Source: Chitinophaga pinensis
GTDB taxonomy: Bacteria > Bacteroidota > Bacteroidia > Chitinophagales > Chitinophagaceae
NCBI GenBank assembly: GCA_943372845.1
Contig: CALSAD010000015.1
Span: 1,389 to 65,388, forward strand
Reading direction: 5' to 3'
DNA length: 64,000 nucleotides
In this document: positions 26,767 to 35,465 of the stretch, piece after piece
How the letters are laid out: every line of letters starts with the position of its first letter
Position numbering within the stretch: position 1 is the first letter of the stretch
Notes under the pieces: model-generated
The model's input: the letters and a program-made list of their open reading frames with translations, nothing else
Told to the model about the DNA's origin: nothing
Databases searched by the model: none
Translations under genes and position numbers: made by a program

Positions 26767-28122
26767 ATGTCAAACTCACGTCGCAATTTTATCAAACAAT
26801 CCGCTAAAGCAGTAGCCGGAACCTATATTGCAACAACAGGTTTCAGTGCGCAAAGCTATGCCCGCATCATGGGTGCTAATGACAGGGTAAGGGTAGGAGT
26901 GATCGGTTTTTCTGACCGCCACCGCAGTTCACATATCCCTCCCTTTATGAAGTTTTACAAAGAAATGAATTTTGATATCGTATCGGTTTCTGATCTCTGG
27001 AAAAGAAGAAGAGAGGAAGGTGCAGCTTTTCTGAAAGATAAAATGGGGCATGATGTAAAAGCTTTTCGCAACAACGAAGAATTATACGATTCTAAATCGG
27101 TTGATGCCGTGTTTATCAGTACCGCCGATTTTCAACATGCACGTCATTGCATAGAGGCAGTGAAAGCAGGTTGTGATGTGTACTGTGAAAAGCCATTCGC
27201 AGAAACCATGGAAGATAACCGCGCTGCTTTAAAAGCAGTGAAAGAATCCAAAAGTATCGTACAGATCGGATCGCAAAGAAGAAGTGGACCTAATTATAAA
27301 GCAGCAGCAGATTTTATACAGAGTGGAAAATTTGGACCTATCACCATGGTTGAATTAACCTGGAATGTAAACCAGCCCGGCCGTTGGAGAAGACCAGATC
27401 TGGTAGCTGATTGCCGCGAAGCTGACCTTGATTGGAAACGTTACCTGATGAACCGTCCCTTTGAAAAATTTGATCCTAGAAAATATTTAGAGTATCGTTT
27501 GTTCTGGCCCTATTCTTCCGGAATGCCCGGTCAGTGGATGAGTCATCAGATTGATACGGTGAATTGGTTCAGCGGATTGGCGCACCCAAGAAGTGTAGTG
27601 GCCAATGGTGGTGTTTACCAATGGAAAGATGGAAGACGAAATTGGGATACAACTGCAGCTGTTTTAGAATATGGTCCTGTCAACGATCCTTCAACTGGCT
27701 TTCAGGTTGTATTCATGTCGCGCATGCACAATGGCGATGAAAATCCTGCAGAGTTGTATTACTCCAATGGTGGCGAATTGAATCTGATCACCAATAAAGT
27801 GTCTCCTGCGGGTGGGTTGCGAGCGAATGCAGCTGCTGCCATGAAGATGAAACCCAATTTATTACCGGAACTCAGCTTATCAGAAATGATAAAAGTTGAA
27901 GCGGGTGCCAACACGGGCGGTGATGTATTAACCACTGCTCACGTTCGTAACTGGATGGAATGTATACGCAGCCGCAAACAAACCAATGCACCGGTGGAAG
28001 CAGGCTATACACATTCGATTGCCACCATCATGACGAATGCTGCCTGCCGTACAGGAGAAAAAGTAACTTTCGATGAAAAAACACAGGAAGTAATGGCCGG
28101 TGGTAAAGTTTTCAAATATTAA
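26767..28122 (+). CDS. Tat-exported Gfo/Idh/MocA-family oxidoreductase
   Basis: Twin-arginine signal SRRNFIKQ, Rossmann motif VGVIGFSDR, and AGCDVYCEKP. Confidence 0.85.
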   Translation: MSNSRRNFIKQSAKAVAGTYIATTGFSAQSYARIMGANDRVRVGVIGFSDRHRSSHIPPFMKFYKEMNFDIVSVSDLWKRRREEGAAFLKDKMGHDVKAFRNNEELYDSKSVDAVFISTADFQHARHCIEAVKAGCDVYCEKPFAETMEDNRAALKAVKESKSIVQIGSQRRSGPNYKAAADFIQSGKFGPITMVELTWNVNQPGRWRRPDLVADCREADLDWKRYLMNRPFEKFDPRKYLEYRLFWPYSSGMPGQWMSHQIDTVNWFSGLAHPRSVVANGGVYQWKDGRRNWDTTAAVLEYGPVNDPSTGFQVVFMSRMHNGDENPAELYYSNGGELNLITNKVSPAGGLRANAAAAMKMKPNLLPELSLSEMIKVEAGANTGGDVLTTAHVRNWMECIRSRKQTNAPVEAGYTHSIATIMTNAACRTGEKVTFDEKTQEVMAGGKVFKY

Positions 28123-28143
28123 AGTTAGGGTAGTTTTATAGCA

Positions 28144-29094
28144 ATGAAAAGGGAACTCCTTATGGATGCTTCCCTTTTCTTATGTTTGGAGAATACACAA
28201 TTTTTTTTGATGACTGAAAAGCAAAAGGCAATCGCAGCAGTGTTACTGGGGAATTTTTTCTTCGGTACCAGTGTCATAGCGGTGAAACATATCAGCCCGC
28301 TATTGATGAACCCCATTGCATTAACGGCTATGCGCGTTTCAGTAACCACTATTTTGTTCTGGTTATTGTTTGCCATGAAGCCGGTAAAAATGGGAATCAC
28401 ACGAAAAGATTTTTTGCGCTTATTTTTTTGTGCCGTGGTAGGCATTACCATGAACCAGACTTTTTCCATGAAAGGAATGTCGCTTACCAGTCCCATTCAT
28501 GCTTCTTTGCTGGTATTAACCACGCCGATTGTCATTACCTTTCTGGCTGCATGGATTTTAAAAGAATCCTTGAATGCATTTAAATTGATTGGGTTATTAC
28601 TGGGTATATCCGGTGGGGCATTACTTGTTTTTTCGAGGGATCTTTCTTCTGTTGCAGGAGAACAACAATCATTGGGTGATCTTTTTGTAATCATGGGTGC
28701 TATCTGTTATTCACTCTATGTAGTGGCCATCAGGCCATTAATGGGAAAGTACAAAGCCATGCATATTTTGCAATGGGTATTTTTATTTGGTTGCTTTTTT
28801 AGTCTTCCCCTGGGATGGCGTTCGTTACAAGAAGTTTCATGGGCTGCATTTGATGGGCTGAGCTGGTTTGCATTGGCGTATGTAGTATTGGGTGCTACTT
28901 TTTTAGCATACCAGTTCATGAATTACGGCATCAGTAAACTGGGCTCAAGCGTAACAGGTTCTTTTATTTATACGCAACCCTTTTTTGCCACCATCGCCTC
29001 CATGATGTTATTAAATGAAACATTGAGCCTGTCTAAAATAGGGGCTGCAACATTGATTATGAGTGGTGTATTTCTTGCGAATTATAAGAAATAA
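28144..29094 (+). CDS. DMT-superfamily (EamA) transporter
   Basis: About 10 TM helices with duplicated EamA-like halves. The true start may be the Met at 28210 (MTEKQKAIAAVLLGNFFFG). Confidence 0.8.
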   Translation: MKRELLMDASLFLCLENTQFFLMTEKQKAIAAVLLGNFFFGTSVIAVKHISPLLMNPIALTAMRVSVTTILFWLLFAMKPVKMGITRKDFLRLFFCAVVGITMNQTFSMKGMSLTSPIHASLLVLTTPIVITFLAAWILKESLNAFKLIGLLLGISGGALLVFSRDLSSVAGEQQSLGDLFVIMGAICYSLYVVAIRPLMGKYKAMHILQWVFLFGCFFSLPLGWRSLQEVSWAAFDGLSWFALAYVVLGATFLAYQFMNYGISKLGSSVTGSFIYTQPFFATIASMMLLNETLSLSKIGAATLIMSGVFLANYKK

Positions 29095-29131
29095 ACTAAA
29101 AATAATGCAAACCATTTTTTAAAGTTGCCAC

Positions 29132-30151
29132 ATGACAAGAATATCCTTCGATGAAATGAAAGACACGATCAAGCAGGCTTTTATAAAAGCTGGTATGTCT
29201 GATGCAAAAGCAGAAATCTGTGCAAGGGTTCATACCGAATCAAGCCAGGATGGCGTTGCATCGCATGGACTGAACCGGGTGGAACGATTTGTTGAATACC
29301 TCGGCAAAGAATGGGTATTGCCTGAAGCTGAGCCAACCTGTACGCTTAGTCTTGGCATGATGGAAGTATATAACGGCAACCTCGGACCCGGTATCACAAA
29401 TGCCATGTTCTGTATGAATCGCGCTACTGAAATGGCAAAAACAATGGGGATGGGTTTGGTGAGTTTACAAAATACAACTCATTGGATGCGCGGTGGCAGC
29501 TATGGCTGGCTGGCTGCAGAAAAAGGGTGTATCGGTATCTGCTGGACCAACACAGAATCATGCATGCCTGCATGGGGTGCTACATCAATTGGTGTGGGTA
29601 ACAATCCTTTGATCATTGCTGTGCCAAGAAAAGAAGGACATATGGTATTGGATATGGCTATGTCATTGTACTCGTATGGTAAGTTGCAGGTAACAAGATT
29701 AAAGAATCAAAAACTTCCTTACCCCGGTGGGTATAACCAGCAGGGAGAATTGACGGATGATCCGCTTTCGATAGAGGAAACAAGAAGATTTTTACCCATG
29801 GGTTATTGGAAAGGTTCAGGACTTGCCGTAATGCTTGATGTGCTTGCGGGTTTGTTATCCGGGGGAAATACCACGGCTGGTGTTGACCTCTCAGGGAAAG
29901 GAAATTGCGGAAGCTGTTCGCAGGTATTCATCGCCATTGATCCATTGCGTATCAATACACAGGCTTTCATTGACCAAGCACTGGAGCAAACCATACAACA
30001 AATTAAATCATCGGCCAGGGTAACTGCAGATACTGAGTTATTGTATCCGGGCGAACAATCGTTGCAAAAACGCAACGAAAATATTGCCTTGGGTATACCT
30101 GTGGATGATACAGTCTGGACAAAAGTGAAAGAGCTGGCTGGTTTTTTATAA
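29132..30151 (+). CDS. Ldh_2-family dehydrogenase, 3-dehydro-L-gulonate 2-dehydrogenase (YiaK/DlgD)-like
   Basis: VASHGLNRVERFVEYL, NPLIIAVP and WKGSGLAVMLDVLAG are characteristic of the malate/L-lactate dehydrogenase family 2. Confidence 0.72.
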   Translation: MTRISFDEMKDTIKQAFIKAGMSDAKAEICARVHTESSQDGVASHGLNRVERFVEYLGKEWVLPEAEPTCTLSLGMMEVYNGNLGPGITNAMFCMNRATEMAKTMGMGLVSLQNTTHWMRGGSYGWLAAEKGCIGICWTNTESCMPAWGATSIGVGNNPLIIAVPRKEGHMVLDMAMSLYSYGKLQVTRLKNQKLPYPGGYNQQGELTDDPLSIEETRRFLPMGYWKGSGLAVMLDVLAGLLSGGNTTAGVDLSGKGNCGSCSQVFIAIDPLRINTQAFIDQALEQTIQQIKSSARVTADTELLYPGEQSLQKRNENIALGIPVDDTVWTKVKELAGFL

Positions 30152-30241
30152 ACGTAAGTTGCCGAAATGCATAACAATTTCGCTAAGAGTTTAAGAGTGA
30201 AAGAGTGTAATAAGAGGGCTTCCTCCTTTCCTCTTTTTCTC

Positions 30242-30601
30242 TTACTCTCTTATTGAAACCTTGTTTCTTTTACCAAACCAATGCTGAAACGGAAAAAATT
30301 TTTCCAGCTGTATCAAAAAAAGTAAAACAAACATCATTTGAAATCCGAGTTGCAGAGATGTTTTTGAAATACCCACTATTCCACTTTGTATATTCTCTAA
30401 AATGGCATTCAGCACTAGTCCAAGAAAAGTGCCGGTTACGAAAAAGAAGAGGGCCCATTTGCGGTCTTTCTGTAAAACTGTTTGCAGTTTGCTTTCTACT
30501 TCAATACGTTTCATGAGTGTATCCTCAAAATCACTGAAAGGCATGGTTAATTTGCTATGCTGCATCAGTTCCGATACTAGTTTGTGCTGATCTTTTTCCA
30601 T
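30242..30601 (-). CDS. Small membrane protein (possible anti-sigma factor)
   Basis: 119 aa with two TM helices. Lies directly downstream of the ECF sigma gene after a 10-nt gap. Confidence 0.45.
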   Translation of the reverse strand: MEKDQHKLVSELMQHSKLTMPFSDFEDTLMKRIEVESKLQTVLQKDRKWALFFFVTGTFLGLVLNAILENIQSGIVGISKTSLQLGFQMMFVLLFLIQLEKFFPFQHWFGKRNKVSIRE

Positions 30602-30611
30602 GATTGAATGA

Positions 30612-31154
30612 TTATGATTGTGTTTTCATCAATTGGGTAAGTAGGGTAAACATATTTTTCCGTGCACGGTGTAAGAGCACTTTGGTATTGGCTTCTGTCC
30701 ACCCTGTGATCTCGCAAACTTCTTTGATATTTTCTTCTTCCAGATAAAACAATCGTAAGGCAAGTGCTTCTTTGGGAGAAAGTTTTTGCAAAGCTTCGTT
30801 TATCAGGTAAGCCTGTTCTTCTTTGGCAAGCCCTGTAAGAAAGGATTCATCTGCAGGTTCATCGGTATACACTTCTGTAAAACTGATCAGTTCCTTTTTT
30901 TGTTTTTTCAGTCGCATCAATGCCTCATTGGTAACGATGCGATAGAACCAGGTACTGAATCGCGATTGATTTGAGAAACTGCTCAGATTACGATAGGCTT
31001 TTATAAATGCCTCCTGTACTACTTCCTGTGCAGTATATTCTTCTTTCACAACAGATAAGGCAACAGAGTAGGCCATATCCTTGTATTTGTTTACAAGATA
31101 CCTGAACGCATCACGATCGCCATTGCAAACTTTTTTGATATAGACATCATCCAT
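30612..31154 (-). CDS. ECF-type RNA polymerase sigma-70 factor
   Basis: Region 2 (FRYLVNKYKDMAYSVALSVV..AQEVVQEAF) and region 4 HTH (ITGWTEANTKVLLHRARKNM). Confidence 0.88.
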   Translation of the reverse strand: MDDVYIKKVCNGDRDAFRYLVNKYKDMAYSVALSVVKEEYTAQEVVQEAFIKAYRNLSSFSNQSRFSTWFYRIVTNEALMRLKKQKKELISFTEVYTDEPADESFLTGLAKEEQAYLINEALQKLSPKEALALRLFYLEEENIKEVCEITGWTEANTKVLLHRARKNMFTLLTQLMKTQS

Positions 31155-31156
31155 GT

Positions 31157-31528
31157 TTAGGAGTTACGCTGGTTACTGTCTAAACGGTTGGCCAGTACCA
31201 TGGAAAGTCCGCCACAGATTCCCAGTATGGCCAGTGGTACAGCGGTTGTGCTATTGTCGCGCAAGGCACCCATTGCTGCCAGTATTGAAATAATCACCAA
31301 TCCAATACTGATTCCAATAATCACAATCCCTATCTTCTGCCAAGGGAATTGTGATGGGGTGATTGACGGCGGAGTAATTCCTTTTTCAATCATCAGCATT
31401 CTTTCTTTGTGCTTTGCTCTGTTTGTGAAATACCTGACCAGTGCAATACAAATAATCATTGCTCCCAGAATCAGGATGATAAATACCGATGAGAGTACAA
31501 AGAACTCGTCTCTTCCCATATTTCCCAT
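31157..31528 (-). CDS. Small multi-pass membrane protein
   Basis: 123 aa with three hydrophobic helices. It is the first gene of a three-gene minus-strand unit with the ECF sigma factor. Confidence 0.5.
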   Translation of the reverse strand: MGNMGRDEFFVLSSVFIILILGAMIICIALVRYFTNRAKHKERMLMIEKGITPPSITPSQFPWQKIGIVIIGISIGLVIISILAAMGALRDNSTTAVPLAILGICGGLSMVLANRLDSNQRNS

Positions 31529-31650
31529 AAAAAATAGATTTGTTTCTCTATTGGATTACGTATTGTATCAAAAGGTTACAAAAGATAAAAAAATAAACCA
31601 ATTAGACTTTAAAAATACTTTCGCGTGGGTTTCCGCTAGGGTAAAGATGT

Positions 31651-31678
31651 CCGCACCGTCATTGCAATGACGGTGCGG
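31651..31678 (-). terminator. Perfect palindrome downstream of the 31768 gene
   Basis: CCGCACCGTCATT-GC-AATGACGGTGCGG. There is no strong U-tract, so the terminator role is uncertain. Confidence 0.35.
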
Positions 31679-31697
31679 TGTAAGCTTCGCAATAAAA

Positions 31698-31754
31698 AAC
31701 TGCGCCTTTGCGCCTTGACGTGAATATTTCTCGCAAAGGCGCAAAGGCGCAGTT
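31698..31754. repeat. REP-like palindromic element, family A variant
   Basis: AACTGCGCCTTTGCGCCTTG - loop - CAAAGGCGCAAAGGCGCAGTT. It has the same doubled GCCTT architecture as family A, with GCGCC replacing GTGCC. Confidence 0.7.
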
Positions 31755-31767
31755 AGAAAGGATAAGC

Positions 31768-33105
31768 TTAGAAGTATTTCGTTACACCCGGTACCGGCAC
31801 AGTGTAAAAGCCATCTGCATTGGGAACAATGGGGGGTAAGGTATCAAATGTGTAAGCCGTTGGTTGAATATTGATGTTGGAATTGATCGCTTTATCCCAT
31901 TCAACCACCTGTCCGCTATACGTGGCCATTCTTCCAAGGATAGAGGTCATGGTACTTTTGGCTCCATTCTCCGCATCAGCAAATTTGTATTCTCCTTTGG
32001 CAATGGCAGCAAACAATTCATCATGTTCAGTCTGGTAGGGGTTAGGCTCTCCCTTGGTATCAAAATGGTAAACCACTTTTCCTGATGCATCGCTGATGTT
32101 TGCTGCACCACAATGAATTTTTCCTTTGGTACCAATCAGCAACTCATCCACCTTGCTCATGGTTTTAGGAATATGGCGGCACTGGCTATTTAAAATACTG
32201 CCATCTGCATAGGTAAACTCAACAAAATGGTGGTCGAATATTTCGCCATGGTCTTTTCCTTTTCTTACCTGGCGGCCACCCATACCCTGGGCTTTTACCG
32301 GATAGCTTTCTTTAAACCAGTTCACCACATCCAGGTTGTGAATATGCTGCTCGGTAATATGATCGCCGCAAAGCCATACAAAATAATACCAGTTACGCAT
32401 CTGGTATTCCATTTCGGTTTGCTCTGGTTTGCGGGGGCGTACCCAAACACCATCGTTGTTCCACCAGGCTTGTGCCGAAGTGATATCACCGATCATGTCT
32501 TTTCTTTTAAACAACTCACGGTAAGAATTCTGGTAATGTCTTTGCAAGCCCACCACCACATTTAATTTCTTTTGTTTGGCAAGGGCGGCAACAGCCAATA
32601 CTTTTTGTACACCAGCAGGATCGGTAGCCACCGGTTTTTCCATGAACACATGTTTGTTCTGTTTGATGGCTTCTTCAAAATGAATGGGGCGGAAGCCGGG
32701 AGGCGTGGCCAATATCACCACATCTGCCAACGGAATGGCTTTCAGGTAACCATCAAAACCCGCGAACCTTCTTTCTTCCGGAACATCAATGCGTTTTTTA
32801 ACGGCAGACATGGCCGGATCAGAGCCATCATCGGTGGTTAATGATTTATAGCATCTATCAATATTATCTTTAAAGGCATCTGCCATCGCAACAATTTTTA
32901 CATTCTGTTTGCTCAGCAATGCCTGCATGGCGGCACCGGTGCCACGGCCACCGCAACCAATTACGGCTACTTTAATTACATCATCCGCACCGGAAAAATA
33001 ATTGGCGCGTGAGAAAAGTGGTGCGGCAATCAATCCGCCGGCAATGAGGGAACTTTGTTTTACAAAATCTCTACGTGAATGGTTTTTGGAAGCATCGTTG
33101 TGCAT
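31768..33105 (-). CDS. Tat-exported Gfo/Idh/MocA-family oxidoreductase
   Basis: Twin-arginine signal SRRDFVKQ, Rossmann motif VAVIGCGGRG, and NKHVFMEKP. Confidence 0.85.
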   Translation of the reverse strand: MHNDASKNHSRRDFVKQSSLIAGGLIAAPLFSRANYFSGADDVIKVAVIGCGGRGTGAAMQALLSKQNVKIVAMADAFKDNIDRCYKSLTTDDGSDPAMSAVKKRIDVPEERRFAGFDGYLKAIPLADVVILATPPGFRPIHFEEAIKQNKHVFMEKPVATDPAGVQKVLAVAALAKQKKLNVVVGLQRHYQNSYRELFKRKDMIGDITSAQAWWNNDGVWVRPRKPEQTEMEYQMRNWYYFVWLCGDHITEQHIHNLDVVNWFKESYPVKAQGMGGRQVRKGKDHGEIFDHHFVEFTYADGSILNSQCRHIPKTMSKVDELLIGTKGKIHCGAANISDASGKVVYHFDTKGEPNPYQTEHDELFAAIAKGEYKFADAENGAKSTMTSILGRMATYSGQVVEWDKAINSNINIQPTAYTFDTLPPIVPNADGFYTVPVPGVTKYF

Positions 33106-33123
33106 ATGGTTTGTTTTAAAAGG

Positions 33124-34140
33124 TTAACGGCCAAGATATGTTTGAAAAAAAAGGTTGATGTCTTCTTTTGATGGTGGTTGTAACGGACGAACAATTCGAA
33201 AACCCACTCCTCTGGCATCCGTAAGCCACCATTTGCTTCTGGGAATCTGCGGATCTCTTCTGTTCCAGATGGGGTCTGAAGGAATACGGTTGGCAGCTCT
33301 TAGTTCACCGGCCCATTCTGTAAAGCTTCCGCCCCGCAATACTTTTGGATATTTGAGCATACTTACTTCAGCAAAGGGATCTATAGTGTTACTTAATTTT
33401 TCATAACGCGAAGCACCGTAATGATCCAGTGTCCATTCCATTACATTGCCCAGCATATCGTATAAGCCCCAGGCATTGGGTAATTTTTGTCCTACTTTCT
33501 GAAACTTGTCTTCACTGTTTTTTAAATACCATGCATATTTGTCCAATTGGGTACTATCGTCTCCAAAATAATAAGCAGTATTGGTTCCTGCCCGGCAGGC
33601 ATATTCCCATTCAGCTTCTGTAGGCAGGCGGTAGAAGATGCCGGTTTTTTCGTACAACCAACGGCAATACATTAATGCCGCAAACTGCGAAAGACTGTTA
33701 ACCGGGTAACCACCTGCTTTGCCCATGCCCCAGCTCAGGTCAACATATTGCGGACTGGGTCTGGTAATGGCATCCACATCCGAATTCTCACTGGTGTTTT
33801 CATCTTTATAAAAAACATCAAACTCATCCCTTGTCACTTCAAAAGCGCCCATCCAGAAAGGGGAGAGTTTTATTTTTTGTTGCGGACCTTCATCGGCATC
33901 CCGTTTTTTTTCTGCAGCGTTACTCCCAATCGTAAATTCTCCGCTTTTAATGGGAGCCATGGTAAAACGAAGGGTACTACCGGGAAGGGTTTGTTGGTAA
34001 CTGATAAATTCGGTCTTAGTCACCTGTGCCTTGCCCATGGTAAGCAACAATGCAAAAAACAACCCGAAAACAACTCTTTTCACGTAGTAAAATTTGGTGG
34101 TGAAAAGATAGTGAAATAAGTGATTTGAAAATAGTTTCAA
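33124..34140 (-). CDS. Formylglycine-generating-enzyme (SUMF1/EgtB/PvdO) family protein
   Basis: RLPTEAEWEYACRAGT, GNVMEWTLD and VLRGGSF motifs with a signal/anchor N-terminus. Confidence 0.85.
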   Translation of the reverse strand: MKLFSNHLFHYLFTTKFYYVKRVVFGLFFALLLTMGKAQVTKTEFISYQQTLPGSTLRFTMAPIKSGEFTIGSNAAEKKRDADEGPQQKIKLSPFWMGAFEVTRDEFDVFYKDENTSENSDVDAITRPSPQYVDLSWGMGKAGGYPVNSLSQFAALMYCRWLYEKTGIFYRLPTEAEWEYACRAGTNTAYYFGDDSTQLDKYAWYLKNSEDKFQKVGQKLPNAWGLYDMLGNVMEWTLDHYGASRYEKLSNTIDPFAEVSMLKYPKVLRGGSFTEWAGELRAANRIPSDPIWNRRDPQIPRSKWWLTDARGVGFRIVRPLQPPSKEDINLFFQTYLGR

Positions 34141-34366
34141 TTAGGTTGAATTTAGAAGGATTTTTATAGGAGAAGTGGCTGGTTTAGTAGAGAGAAAGTC
34201 ATGTGGTAGACATTATTTGCTTTTTGGGTAGATAGGTTTGCCATTTTTGTGGATGGTATTTACCCACTCTTTACCATTTACCTAATTAACAAAATTTATT
34301 TTTATTGAGGATCAATGAATTAATTATTGGGGAAGTATTGAAAAATATAGAAACCTGTGTACTTTC

Positions 34367-34382
34367 AAGTGTTAGCGGCAAT
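34367..34382. repeat. Cassette-start box (AAGTGTTAGCGGCAAT)
   Basis: GTGTTAGCGGCA (34369-34380) is the exact reverse complement of TGCCGCTAACAC (35235-35246) on the other side of the 34397-35230 gene. A similar box lies at 1952-1967. Confidence 0.65.
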
Positions 34383-34396
34383 GGTAAAATAACAGT

Positions 34397-35230
34397 ATGA
34401 ACTTCAAAGAGATTTTACAGGACAAACCAAATGGTGCCTATACTGATGTGGAAGATGTTATAATAAACACTTCACATCGCTATAGTAATGACGAGAAAGT
34501 ACTTATCGCATCACCTGATCTTGAATTATTCTGTAATGAGTGTAATGGCGTTCGAAATTTTGTTAGGGAATTATATCCTTATACTATTGGTGACCCGGAT
34601 ATCGAAATTGACTATCCTTATGCATACCTCTTAGACTATTTATGTTCGAACTGTAAGCTTGAATTGAAATACTTTGCACTACAAATAAGTCAAATTGAAA
34701 ATAGCACAAGTGCAAACGTCTATAAATTTGGTGAACTGCCAAATCGAATAAATAATTTGCCTGCCGCCCTAATTACGCTATTTGGTTCAGACAAAGACCT
34801 ATTAATAAAAGGAAAAAATTGCGAAACTCAAGGCTTAGGAATTGGAGCGATGGTTTATTATAGGCGAATTGTTGAAAATAAAAGGAGAAACTTATTTGAC
34901 CTAATTATAAAAGCGCTTAAAAAAATTGGAGGACACGAACAAGAGATACTAAAAATAGAAGCAGCAAAGAATGAACCACAGTTTACAAAATCATTTGAGC
35001 AAGTAAAGAAGATTCTTCCACAAGAACTATTTATTGACGGACATAATCCGTTGACCTTATTACATTCAGCAGTAAGTAAAGGCGTTCATAATTTATCCGA
35101 TGAAGAATGCTTAGAAATTGCGACAAGCATTCGTGTTGTGCTGACAGAATTAGTGAACAGGATCGCTGTGATTTCATCAAATGAAAAATCATTGAAGTCA
35201 GCATTGGCAAACCTTAATAAATTGAAATAA
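34397..35230 (+). CDS. Hypothetical zinc-ribbon protein (possible DUF4145-like helical C-terminus)
   Basis: Two CxxC pairs (CNECNG, CSNCK). The C-terminal helices with YYRRIVE and LLHSAVSKGVHNLSDEE resemble DUF4145. The assignment is from memory only. Confidence 0.55.
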   Translation: MNFKEILQDKPNGAYTDVEDVIINTSHRYSNDEKVLIASPDLELFCNECNGVRNFVRELYPYTIGDPDIEIDYPYAYLLDYLCSNCKLELKYFALQISQIENSTSANVYKFGELPNRINNLPAALITLFGSDKDLLIKGKNCETQGLGIGAMVYYRRIVENKRRNLFDLIIKALKKIGGHEQEILKIEAAKNEPQFTKSFEQVKKILPQELFIDGHNPLTLLHSAVSKGVHNLSDEECLEIATSIRVVLTELVNRIAVISSNEKSLKSALANLNKLK

Positions 35231-35232
35231 CT

Positions 35233-35438
35233 ACTGCCGCTAACACTGCATTGCAGCAATTGGGGCTCACGAATAACGTTCTTCAACTGCATCAAAAATC
35301 CCAGCATCTGTTCCGGCTGAAGGAATTCTGAGCGGCAGTAGAATATATCATGATCTTTTGTAACTTAGTTCAGCGACAGTAAGCCATGGGCGACGGAATA
35401 GCATTCCCCAACCGCTTCAATGCTTGGACGTTGGCGGT
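35233..35438 (+). repeat. R1 structured repeat, copy d (full length)
   Basis: TGCCGCTAACACTGCATTGCAGCAATTGGGG ... CCCCAACCGCTTCAATGCTTGGACGTTGGCGG. The terminal inverted repeats match 15/18 in the GCATTG..TTGGGG block. Begins 3 nt after the stop at 35230. Confidence 0.85.
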
Positions 35439-35465
35439 AAGCCTAAATCAAACAGTTCGCTTTTT

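Noticed and set aside
28125-28496. 123-aa minus-strand ORF
   Set aside because: It is antisense to the N-terminal TM helices of the EamA transporter and has no independent support.
30188-30255. Purine-rich / pyrimidine-rich imperfect dyad between the convergent YiaK-like and small membrane genes
   Set aside because: The pairing is too irregular by eye to call a terminator, and part of it lies inside the 30242-30601 coding end.
35424-35465. Upstream start for the DUF1311 gene
   Set aside because: It lies inside repeat R1d. The signal peptide begins at the Met at 35466.
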